Below are positions 26,091-37,270 of a stretch of DNA of 64,000 nt, piece by piece. The DNA lies in the NCBI RefSeq assembly GCF_030028105.1, contig NC_092399.1, forward strand, positions 7,254,001-7,318,000, read 5' to 3'. The stretch is from Mobula birostris. Its lineage: Eukaryota. The notes under the pieces are model-generated. The model saw nothing but the letters and a program-made list of their open reading frames with translations, made no database searches and had not been told where the DNA came from. The position numbers were made by a program, and so were the translations under genes. Within the stretch, counting starts at the first letter, position 1; every line of letters begins with the position of its first letter.

Positions 26091-26870
26091 AAACACAAAA
26101 TACTCTGCAGATGCTGGGGTCAAAGCAACACTTACAACATGCTGAAGGAACTCAGCAGGTCGGGCAGCATCCGTGGAAACTATGAGTCGACGTTTTGGGC
26201 CGGAACCCTTCGTCAGGACTGAAGAGGGAAAGGGCAGACGCCCTATAAAGAAGGTGGGGGGGAGGGTGGGAAGGAGAAGGCTGGTAGGTTCCAGGTGAAA
26301 AACCAGTAAGGGGAAAAATAAAGGGGTGGGGGAGGGGAAGCAGGGAGGTGATAGGCAGGAAAGGTGAAGAAGGAATAAGGGAAAACACAATGGGTGGTAG
26401 GAGGCAGAACCATGAGGGAGGTGATAGGCAACTGGGGGAGGGGGCAGAGTGACATAGGGATAGAGGAAGGGAGGGGGAGGGAATTACCAGAAGTTGGAGA
26501 ATTCTATGTTTATACCAAGGGGCTGGAGACTACCTAGAGGGCATATGAGGTGTTGCTCCTCCAGCCTGAGTTTAGCCTCATCATAGCAGTAGAGGAGGCC
26601 ATGTATGGACATATTTGAATGGGAGTGTGAAGCAAAGTTGAAGTGGGTGGCTACTGGGAGATCCTGTCTGTTGTGGTGGATGGAGCGGAGGTGCTCGACG
26701 AAGCAATCCCCCAATCTGCGTCGGGTTTCACCGATGTAGAGGAGGCCGCACCGGGAGCACCAGATGCAATAGTTGACCCCAACAGACTCACAAGTGAAGT
26801 GTTGCCTCACCCGGAAGGACTGTTTGGGGCCCTGAATGGTGGCAAGACAGGAGGTGTAGGGACAGGTGTA
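26091..26870 (-). mobile_element. Penelope-like element 3' part (GIY-YIG endonuclease remnant plus pyrimidine-rich UTR with a mutated hammerhead)
   Basis: ORF 26484-26960: CYTCPY-FTCESVGVNYCIWCSRCGLLYIGETRRRLGD-EHL-VATHFN-LQPLGINIEF. Confidence 0.9.
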
Positions 26871-27456
26871 GCACCTCCGCTCCGTCCGCCACAACAGACA
26901 GGATCTCCCAGTAGCCACCCACTTCAACTCTGCTTCCCATTCCCATTCAGATATGTCCATACATAGCCTCCTCTACTGCCATGATGAAGCTAATCTCAGG
27001 TTGGAGGAGCAACACCTTATATTCCGTCTGGGTAGCCTCCAACCTAATGGCATGAACATTGACTTCTCTAACTTCCGTTAATGCCCCACCTCCCCCTCAT
27101 ACCCCATCTGTTTTATTTATTTATATATACACACACATACACTTTTTTTCTCTCTCCTTTTTCTCCCTCTGTCCCTCTCACTATATTCCTTGCCCATCCT
27201 CTGGGCTTTCCCCCTCCTCCCTGGACCTCCTGTCCCATGATCCTCTCATATCCCTTTTGCCTATCACCTGTCCAGCTCTTGGCTCTATCCCTCCCCCTCC
27301 TGTCTTCTCCTATCTCCCCCTCCCCCTTTCAAATCCCTTACTCACTCTTCCTTCAGTTAGTCCTGACGAAGGGTCTCGGCCCGAAACGTCGACTGTACCT
27401 CTTCCTATAGATGCTGCCTGGCCTGCTGCGTTCACCAGCAACTTTTATGTGTGTTG
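26871..27456 (+). mobile_element. Penelope-like element 3' part, inverted relative to 26091-26870
   Basis: 26871-27078 is reverse-complement homologous to about 26486-26694 (HLRSVRHNRQDLPVATHFN-LQPNGMNID), followed by a CT-rich UTR and a hammerhead motif. Confidence 0.88.
27359..27394 (+). ncRNA. Minimal type I hammerhead ribozyme motif (Penelope-associated), intact core
   Basis: AGUC-CUGACGA-A-GGGU(CUCG)GCCC-GAAA-CG-UC^GACU. Stem I AGUC/GACU, CUGANGA and GAAA boxes, stem II hairpin, palindromic ACGU at helix III, GUC cleavage triplet. Confidence 0.8.
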
Positions 27457-27886
27457 TCTGATTATTTTCTCTTCACTGTATTGTATAATTTATGTATTGT
27501 CTGAACATATGGCAAGATAGCAATAAAAGGAATTCTCAGGAATCATCAGGCTCTTAAACCCAAGGAATCACTTGCCCTCATCATTAAAATGCTCCCACAA
27601 CCTATGAAGTCACTTTCAAGGACTCTTCAGCATGTTCTCGATATTTATTGCTTGTTTATTTATATTATTATCTCTTTTTGCATCTGCACAGTTTGCTATC
27701 TTCTGCACTCTGGTTGAACGACCAAATTGGGCAGTCTTTCATCGAATCTGTTATGGTTATTTCTATTGGTTTATTGAGTATGCCCACAAGAAAATGAATC
27801 GTAGGATTGTCTATGGTGACATATATATATACAGTTTGATACTAATTTACATTGAACTCTCAAAGTGATTCTGACTCCGTGCTCAC

Positions 27887-28223
27887 CTGTCACCTCCCCG
27901 ACCCTGACGGTGTGGATGCGGCAGCATCCCCGCAGCGAGTCCCCGGCCCTGTCGACCCACTGGCTGCCGTCATACATCCGCAGGAACTGGGGGGCCCGCT
28001 CGGCCGACAGCCTCACCACGCAACAGCAGGTCAGGGCACTGTCCGGCCCTCCTCGCCCTGAGCCCTGGTGCTGGTGCCGCCGCCGCTCGGGCCGATGCCG
28101 GTAATGGAAGCAGCTGAAGCCGCCGCTCTCGGTGAACTGTGAGAAGTACTGGCGGAGATCAGCGGCGCGGAGCTGTCGCGGGATGTTCCTCACCACGGCG
28201 TAAACACCGGCTGCCTCCGCCAT
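27887..28223 (-). CDS. GPATCH3: G-patch domain-containing protein 3, exon 1 (spliced CDS 1467 nt, 488 aa)
   Basis: aagATGgcg start. VVRNIPRQLRAADLRQYFSQFTESGGFSCFHYRHRPE-TCCCVV. Ends ACAG|gtgagc, 337 nt, in a CpG island. Confidence 0.95.
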
Positions 28224-28330
28224 CTTACAGACGGGCAATCTAGGGCATGCGCACGAGCCGTTTGGAATGAACGGTCGAGCTCGCCATGTTTGATAATGGC
28301 AGATTGTAACGCGAGCGAAATAATTGCGTA
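28217..28330 (-). promoter_or_regulatory. GPATCH3 core promoter region
   Basis: YY1-type AAGATGGCGG over the ATG, NRF1-like GCATGCGCAC at about 28245, second YY1-like CGCCATGTT at about 28282. Confidence 0.55.
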
Positions 28331-29509
28331 AAGTTGCAAAGTACAGCAGTGATATTTTTCTCCACCTGAAACCTTACTGCACTTCAACATTTAAGAAAAA
28401 AATGGCACATCAAGAAATTCTACATTTAAAAATTTATATTATCCAAACCAAATTACATTTTGGCAACAGCTGTGATAACACTTTGGACAAAGAGGGTAAA
28501 GAAAATAGTAAATTAACAAACATTTTACCTTGCAGTTGGTGGATCTGCCACATTTGGCTTAGTTTCCAGGGGCTTAGCAGTTACCTTAACAGGACTTTCC
28601 CTCAACAGAGGATCAAACTTCAGGTATAGAGACTGCTTTCTGAAAGCAGAAGCATTAAACTAAATAAATTACAATAGAAAAAGCAGCTTCAGTTAAACTA
28701 ATTTGATTTTGCAAGAAACACTCAGTGTGCATTTGATTACTAACTTAACTAGTTGGGCATAACATTGTGGGCCGAAGGGCCTGCTCCTGAGCTGTACTGG
28801 CCTATGTTTTCTGTTCTATGTCAAGTTTACAGCATATTGCTCTGAACAACTGCTTAAGCTTCACATAAGTACAATAGTATCTGTTTTATTATTGCATTAT
28901 AATTGTAAATTACTATTGTGTATATTATTATTCCGCACTTTATTATTAGTTAGGTCTGCACACTGCTCTGTGTTTTTAAATGTTGCCGTTGTAACGAAAG
29001 AATTGCCCACTCAAGATCAATAAAGTAATTATTATTATTATTAATAATAATAATTTCCAAAAGGGAATGTGGCAAAACAGAGGATGAAACTGCAGAATTG
29101 CCAGAATACAATTATGGTTTAGAGAATTAACATGAATTTTGATAGAACAACTGGGAAGAAATTAATTAATTTGGCAAATAAAGAGTCACGGATTTGAAAC
29201 AATAAATTAAAGGGTTTAAGGGGAAATGCATAATTTCATGCATGCTTGGGACGTTCAAATGTTGCGCAATCAATTCTCCCCAGTGCTACACTCTGCCAAT
29301 ATCAAATTAATCTTTTGTTTTCAAAATTCACATTCTAATTTTGAAGTCCCGGTTGGCCCGGCATCTTCTCTTTCCTTTGACTCTCTGTAACTTTCTTGCT
29401 GCGTCTCTAATTCAGGCCTTTACGTCTCCGATTTTAATTTTGCCATTTTTGGTGATCGTGCCCTCAGCCCCCTTGTTCCTGTGTGCTCACTAATTAATTC
29501 CCTGAATCA

Positions 29510-29567
29510 ATCTCTCTCTCTCTCTCTCTCCCCCCCCTCTATCCTCCCCACCACCACCACCACCACC
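29510..29567. repeat. (CT)n, poly-C and (CCA)n microsatellite cluster
   Basis: Directly visible simple repeats. Confidence 0.8.
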
Positions 29568-30754
29568 TTTAAAGTGCTCCTTATAACCTCAAAATACTTT
29601 GACCAAATTAGTTGTTGAATTTAATTTAATAACTCGCCTGTGAGGTGCCTTGGGATGTTCTGCAACTTTGAAGAATCTTTAGAAATAAGGGTTCTACTTT
29701 GCAATGCTGTTTCCTGCCTACATCCCTTTGAAGATCTCTGGCTATCCATCCCATAGGATGATGATGCTTCCTTTCAGTCAGTTAGTGGGATGGTACCCCG
29801 CTCCTCAGAAAGGAACAGCGTGTGCATGAATGGATTTTAGATGAGTAGGGGATTGCACAGGTCCAGACCCACCCTCTCGACATCCCCTCCTGGATCCAGC
29901 AGCATGGTGGGGTCCAAGACGGCTGGGGGAGGTTCTGTTGCAGTGAATGGCCAGACCAAGCTTCGATGCAAGGGATACCCTTTCCGCGCTTCACAGCACG
30001 TGTTTGCTAGATGGCCATTGACCCTACAAAAGGGTTCATCCGCCCTTTGACAAGTCTTGTTTTTCGTCCTGCAGGGTGTCTAGGCACCCTCCTCACCAGA
30101 CAAGCCTGGTGGTGGACCATGCGACAGGTGGTACTGGGTTACATGGTACCAGTAGCATGGTACCAGATTGACCAGTGACCTGACAATCTGACAACCTTTG
30201 AAGATAAGGGTCTGATAAACAGCAGTGTATACAAGGGTATTGGCACTCTTTTTAAACTTTCGAAGAATTGGTTGCAAGAAAACACGTAGACGATACCGTC
30301 CACATTTGATCAGCAGGGAGCAGTGACAATCAAGTTAAGGTTTTGTGCAAAGAACTCAGTTTGAGGAAATATGACAAACATCCCAAAAACTACAGATGCT
30401 AGAAATCTAAAATAGCAGAAAATACGGGAAATTGTTGTGTATTTAATATTACAGTAATATTTGAGTCATCTTGTAAATATGTTGTTTGATTAAGCATTCT
30501 TTGTAGTTTATATAATTACGGGTTATATGTATAAAAACGTAATTGCATACGTCATGACGCTACCACGTGATATGTGCGCGCCTCGCTTGAAATAAAGAGC
30601 AGACGAACACTCCGAGCTGTAGCAGTGGCTGAGTTGGCTTGATTGGAAGCTGCCTGTGTTTTGCTTGATGCGTGAGTGTGTTTTGGAACCTGTTGAGGGA
30701 AAGAGAGTGGGGAAGGAACGGAAATTGCTGGGAGGGGGTCGTGTGGGTCCGGTA

Positions 30755-32001
30755 ATGGCGGACAAGATAAGAGGCGGGGTTGAGGGAAAGAAAGTGGAGA
30801 AGGAGAGGGAGAGGGATAGAGACTTGGGACCAGAGGTAGGCAGCTGGGGAGAGGTGGATTATTGTGAAGGGAGAAATAAAGGGAATGAGGAGGTAGTGAG
30901 GGGTCGGATGAATAAAAACCAAGACAAAGGGAATAAAAGAATAAGAACTGATAGTGGAGAAAGCTCTGAAAGTGAGGAAGATGAACAAGCTCAGAGAGGA
31001 GGTGTTGTCATAATTAGGTTTAATGAGAAGGCTCAGGGACATATGAAGAAAATTAACCCGTTTGTGCTAACAACAACTCTGACAAATAAGGTAGGGGAAA
31101 TAGTATTTGCAAAAGTCCTTAATGATGGTAACTTATTGGTAAGATGTGCGAATGAGGACCAACTTGAGAAAGCACTCAAGCTAAAAGAGATAGGAAAATG
31201 CAAGGTGGAATACACTGGGAGGGTGGGAGCACAAAACAGTGGTTGTAAAGGAGTGATCACGGGGATACCAATGAGTATAAATATGGAGGAGATAAAGAGG
31301 AAAAGAGGAATATCAAAGGAGGGAAAGTAATGAATGTTCAAAGACTGAAAACAACAAAGGAGGGAGTGAAAAAGGAAAGTGAATCTGTATTGATTGAATT
31401 TGAAGAAGAAAGAGTGCTAAGGAAGGTGTTCCTGGGTTTCATGAGTTACCCAGTAAGGGTGTATGTGCCAAAGCCACTGAGATGCTATAATTGTCAAAGG
31501 TTTGGACACGTGGCTAAAAACTGTAAAAGGCAGAGGAGATGTGCTAGATGTGGGGGGGATCATGAATATGGAAAGTGCGGAACAGGAGTTCAACCAAAAT
31601 GCTGCAATTGTGGAGGAGCTCATAATGTTGCATATAGTGGGTGTGCGGTTGTGAGACGGGAGACTAAAATTCAAGAAATAAGAGTGAAAAGAAAGATCAC
31701 TTATGCAGAAGCTGTAAGAATGTCAAGAGAACAGAATAATGTTCCTAATGAACAAGGAGCAATAGGGATACGAGAGATGCTACAAAGAACAAATGACAGG
31801 GTTTATGTAGACAAAAAGGCTCTAGTAACATTCATTGCAGGAGTGATTAATAGTACGGCTGAGGTAAAGTCAAAAAGTGACAAAATTCATCTGGTGGTAA
31901 AAGCAGCAGTAAACCATTTAGGGTTAGTAGGACTGACATGGGAGGAAGTGAGGGAGAACCTCAGTAATCAGTCAAGCCAGGAAGTGTCATGTGTTGGTTA
32001 A
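30755..32001 (+). pseudogene. Nimb ORF1 (gag-like), frameshifted near 31320
   Basis: ORFs 30656-31330 and 31330-32001. CYNCQRFGHVAKNC, CARCGGDHEYGKC, CCNCGGAHNVAYSGC. Confidence 0.85.
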
Positions 32002-32009
32002 TACTAATT

Positions 32010-35000
32010 ATGGTGATTCTTTTACAATGGAATGCAAGGAGCTTACTGGCCAATAGCCAGGAATTCAAGCACTTTATTAAAGAAATGGCTGTAAAACCGG
32101 ATGTAGTGTGTATTCAGGAAACTTGGTTGAAACCAACTTTAGACTTTGTGATATATGGGTATACAATGATAAGGAAAGATAGAAATCTAGGGGGAGGAGG
32201 GGGTTGTGCTATGTTAATCAAGCAAGGTATACCATATAGGGTACTGGAAAAAGGAGATGATCAGGAATACATAGCGGTGGAAGTGTGGGAGAGAGGGGAG
32301 GGAGTGGTTATAATTAACTACTACAATCCATGTAAAAGGTTGGATTTGGACAGCCTATTAAAGATTCAAGGACAAAACAGACAAAGTAGTGTGGTGTGCA
32401 GATTTCAATGCTCATAGCACAATATGGGGGGATCAGATTACAGATCCAAATGGAAAGGTAATTGAAGATTTGATGGAAGAAAGGGATTTGGTGTGTATGA
32501 ATGATGGTAGCGGCACAAGGATAGATATAACAACAGGAACTGAGTCAGTGTTAGATATTACGTTAGTGTCTAATACCTTGGCTGGCATTTGTAACTGGGG
32601 AGTTTGGACTGCTTCAACAGTAGGCAGTGATCACTACCCAGTTTTGTGTTCAGTGGGTGAAAGAGTTGAAGTAAGACCAGGTGGCGGAACCCCAAAGTGG
32701 GTGTTTGAAAAAGCTGATTGGGGTAAGTTCCAGAAGTTGAGTGAAGAAGGGTTGACAAAGATTGATATTTCTGGAAATGTAGATGAATTAAACAGTCAGG
32801 TGACTTCAGCAATTATCATGGCAGCAGAAGGATCTATACCTAGGAGTAAAAATAGGACGAATAGAAAACTGGTACCATGGTGGACAGTCAGGCTGTAAAA
32901 AAACAGAAATGGAGCATTCAGTCTAGTTAAAAGAACCCATAATATGCAGCATTTGGTTCAATATAAGAAAGCACAGGCAGTGGTAAGAAGAACTATACGT
33001 CAAGCTAAAAGGGCAAGTTGGAGGAGTTTTTGCGACAAGGTAGGAAGAACAACACCTGTGGGAGAGATATGGGGAATGTTTGAGGATGGGAGGAGATAGA
33101 AGGGAATGGGAATATCCAGTAATGATATCTGAGGAGGAAACTGCAGTCTCCAGATAAGGCTGAGATCATGGCCAAGTCATTTGTACTGATACACAGTTCA
33201 GAAAATTTGTCTGAAGAAGGGAAAGAATAATGAACCAACACCCAGGTGTGTTAAGCAGGAGGGAAGGAACAGATGATATAATTGATGATCCATTTACATT
33301 AGCAGAAATGGTGAGAGCAATAAAGAGATCGAGACCAACCTCCCCAGGGAAAGATCTGATATGCTCTGTGATGCTAAAAAATCTAGGAGAAGGAGCGCTC
33401 TTGAAGTTGCTGCATTTTTATAACAGAGTGTGGGAGGAGGGAAGATTACCAAGTGCATGGAAAGAAGCAGTAGTAATTCCAATAAGGAAGCCTGGCAAGG
33501 ATCTGTCAAAACCCACTAGCTACAGACCAATTGCATTAACATCAAGTATATGTAAGATAATGGAAAGGATGATAACAGAAAGGTTATCGTATGAGCTTGA
33601 GAAAAGGGGAATGCTGGCAAGTTATCAGAGTGGTTTTAGAAAGGGAAGGAATTCCATGGACTCAGTGATTATGTTAGAGACTGAAATAAGGAAGGCCCAG
33701 GCAAATAGAGAGTCAGTAGTGGCAGTGTTCTTTGACATTGAAAAAGCCTATGATATGATGTGGAAGGAAGGATTATTAATTAAACTGCACAAGATGGGGG
33801 TTGGTGGGAGAGTTTTTAATTGGATTAAAGATTTTTTGTTTGGTAGAAAAATTCAAGTTCGGATTGGATCAGAATTATCAAAACAGTACATAGTGGAAAA
33901 TGGCACACCTCAAGGTAGTGTGATTAGCCCATTACTTTTCATGATTATGATCAATGATGTCTTCACAAAGGTACCAGTGGATATAGGTAGGTCACTGTTT
34001 GCGGATGATGGGGCCTTGTGGAAAAGAGGCAGGAACATGGACCATATAATCAGGAAACTACAAGAAGCAATTGATGAAGTGGTGGAGTGGGGTTATGATT
34101 GGGGATGTAGATTTTCAGTAGACAAAACTCAATCTGTATTTTTTACCAGGAAAAGGGTTGAGGTAGGGAAGAAGTTAAGGATGTATGGGGTTGAATTAGA
34201 AAGGGTTGCATCATTTAAATTTCTGGGAGTTATAATATTTGATTCACGATTAACATGGGCAGACCATATCAGGAAAGTTGAGGAGAAATGTAAAAAAGTA
34301 ATAAATGTGATGAGATGTTTGACTGGTAGGGAATGGGGAGCAAGTTGTTCAGCTTTGAAGAGAATGTATGTGGCTTTAGTAAGATCTGTATTGGATTATG
34401 GAAATATAGTATATGGATCAGCAGCTAGGTCTCTGATAAGGAAACTGGATGTGATTCAGGCTCAGGCCTTGAGAGTGTGCAGTGGGGCTTTTAAAACATC
34501 ACCAGTGTCAGCCCTACAGGTAGAAATGGGAATAATCCCTTTGGAACTAAGAAGGATGCAACTGATGGCAAACTACTGGGCTAACTTGCAGGGGCACAAT
34601 GATTCTCACCCTACTAAAGGAGTGTTGCAGGAGTGCTGGGAAAATGGGAGGTTTCAGAGGGATACCTTTAGTCGGGTAGGGAATGATATCGTGAAAGAAT
34701 GTGGAGTATTTGATCTGAGGATAAGTCCTTCAGTAGTTTATCCGGTTGTAGCTCCATGGAAGCTTGTATGGCCTGACATAGACTGGCATTTGTTAGAGGT
34801 AAAAAGGAAAGAAAGATATAAAACAGATTTGGTAAATGCATTTAACTGTCATGTGATGGAAAAGTATAGTGATTATACTCACATTTATACGGATGGTGCG
34901 AAGGAACCTGCAACAGGAGTGACAGGGTTTGGGGTGGTCATACCAGCAAAAGAAATTGGAATCAGCAGAAGAACATCTAATAAGTTAGGAGTGTTTACAG

Positions 35001-35737
35001 TGGAGATGCTGGCAGTGTTGGTTGCGTTGCAATGGGTGCAGAAAGCCAGACAAGTCAAAGCATTGATATGTTCAGATTCATCCTCTGTTCTAGCAAGTTT
35101 GAGGTCTTTTCACACAAACAGTCGGCAAGATGTACTTTATGAAGTCCTTCAGTTAGTTACAAGGATTGCAAATCAGGGAGGTCAGGTAAAATTTCTATGG
35201 GTTCCAGCACATGTAGGGGTGAAGGGGAATGAGAGGGTGGATGAGTTGGCAAAGAGGGCGTTAAAGAAAGAAAATGTGGAAATGTACATTAGTATCAGTA
35301 AAGCAGAGGTTAAGTGTGTAATCTGGGAAAAAGTCAACCAAATGTGGCAAGAAAGATGGGACAGGGAGGGGAAAGGGAGGCATTTATATCAAATACAAAA
35401 GAGTGTTGCAGTTACTAGGGTAGGTAATGGAAACAGAAGAGAGGAAACTATGTGGACTAGGTTAAGGCTGGGGCATTGTGCATTAAACAAAACATTGAAA
35501 ATGATAGGGAAACACCAGACAGGATTGTGTGAGGAATGTCAGGAAGAGGAGTCAGTAGAACATGTAGTTCTGAGTTGCAGGAAGTATGGGATACAGAGAG
35601 AGATGATGAGAAATAAATTAAGGGAGTTGGGGATGCAGGAATTCACATTAAAAGGGTTGCTGGGCATGGGTGAGAGAGCACAAGTCCGGGTATTTTTAGC
35701 GTTTTTAAGGGGTACAGGGGTTTTTTATAGAATATGA
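32010..35737 (+). pseudogene. Nimb ORF2 (APE, RT, RNase H, CCHC), disrupted in the N-terminal third; 33230-35737 open for 835 aa
   Basis: LQWNARSL, CIQETWL, ADFNAHS, SDHYP, YRPIALTS, DIEKAYD, PQGSVISP, FADD, IYTDGAK, SDSSS, WVPAHVGVKGNERVDELAK, CEECQEEESVEHVVLSC. Confidence 0.9.
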
Positions 35738-35794
35738 TGAATAAACAGGAATAGGATACTAGGATGGTCAAAGATGGGAGGTGAAGTGTAGGTT

Positions 35795-35807
35795 TGTGTG
35801 TGTGTGT

Positions 35808-35855
<48 letters not shown>

Positions 35856-35870
35856 GCGCGAGAGAGAGAG
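35795..35870. repeat. Compound microsatellite (GT)n(AC)n(CG)n(AG)n in the Nimb 3' UTR
   Basis: Directly visible. Confidence 0.9.
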
Positions 35871-36049
35871 ATTGGGTGAAGGGATTTAGAATGCATGTCT
35901 AGTGCACATTCTGGAGCAGAGGGTGGCGGTAATGCACCATTAAGCTGGATGCCAACCGCTGTAAAACAAGATACAGACAGAACACTCGCATCTCTCGGCT
36001 CTTGTTTTCCTTTGAGTTAGTTGAAAGATTTGAAGTTACAAGACATTAT

Positions 36050-37270
36050 AAACACGAGGAAGTCTGCAGATGTTGGAAGTCCAAGGAAACACGCGCACAA
36101 AATGCTGGAGGAACTCAGCAGCATCTATGGAAGTGAAGAAACAGTCGACGTTTCGGCCCGGGACCCTTCAGGACTGGGAAGAAGGGGGAAGATGCCAGAA
36201 TAAAACGGGGGGGGGGGAGAAACGTGACGATAATTAGAATTGCATTAATGCAAAATTCAAAAATTCCACTTTTCCACTCAATTTTCTCACCTTCACATTT
36301 TCCTCTTCCTTTTCTGATACAGTACTCTTGATCTCCAGGGGACAGACTAGCATCCACATCCACTACAAGCCCACCACCTCTCACAACTACCTCAATCGTA
36401 CAGGTAGCTACCCACTTCAACTCTGTTTCCCACTCCCATTCGGGTATGTCCATACATGGCCTCCTCTACTGCCATGATGAGGCTAAACTCAGGTTGGAGG
36501 AGCAACACCTCGTATACCGTCTAGGTAGTCTCCAGCCCCTTGGTATGAACATAGAATTCTCAAACTTCTGGTAATTCCCTCCCCCTATCCCTATTTCACT
36601 CTGCCCCCTCCCTCAGCTGCCTACCGCCTCCTTCTACTACCCATTGTGTTTTCCCCTATTCTTTCTTCCCCTTTCCTGCCTATCACCTCCCTGCTTCCCC
36701 TTTATCTTTCCCCTTACTGGTTTTTCACCTGGAACCTACCAGCCTTCTCCTTCCCACCCTCCCCCCCCACCTTCTTTATAGGGCCTCTGCCCCTTCCCCC
36801 TACAGTCCTGACGAAGGGTTCCGGCCCAAAACATTGACTGATCGTTTCCACGGATGCTGCCCGACCTGCTGAGTTCCTCCAGCGTGTTGTGAGTGCTGCT
36901 TTGACCCCAACATCTGCCGATTATTTTGTGTCCTGATGAAACCTCCCGCAAGGACTCTGTTCCATTCACCAATTCCTCCTCCTCTATCGTTTTTGTTCTG
37001 ATAATGAGACATTCCACACAGGTGCCTGTGAAATGTTTTCCTTCTTGAACCACGGCTTCTCCTCTACCAGAGCACCGAATTACACAGAGCTCTTGGCCAC
37101 ACCTCTGTTTCTCACCTCTCTGCTCTCACCCCTTCTCACTTTCTACAGAGTAAGTTTACCTTCCTCTGGTCTCTATATTTAACCTTTCATCTTTTGCACT
37201 TTCCACCATCTCCAGCAAGATTCCACCATGAGACACATATTCCCCTCCCTCTCAGCATTTCATAGGGATT
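36050..37270. mobile_element. Cluster of nested Penelope-like fragments
   Basis: Minus-strand UTR with degenerate hammerhead (36051-36210). Plus-strand GIY-YIG C-terminus and UTR (36400-36930) sit inside older RT-like remnants (36330-36400, 36935-37270). Confidence 0.75.

Larger units (their letters stand above)
30613..35979 (+). mobile_element. Near full-length I-group (Nimb-like) LINE with RNase H, several frameshifts
   Basis: ORF1 with three CCHC knuckles; ORF2 with APE, RT, RNase H and terminal CCHC; 3' motif GGTGGCGGTAATGCACC. Direct repeat GAACACTC at 30605-30612 and 35980-35987. Confidence 0.9.
30433..36045 (+). mobile_element. Probable solo LTR of about 240 bp (30433-30612 plus 35988-36045) split by the Nimb LINE
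   Basis: Joined halves begin TGTTGTGTA, contain TATAAAAA and AATAAA, and end TACAAGACA. No clean outer target-site duplication. Confidence 0.5.
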
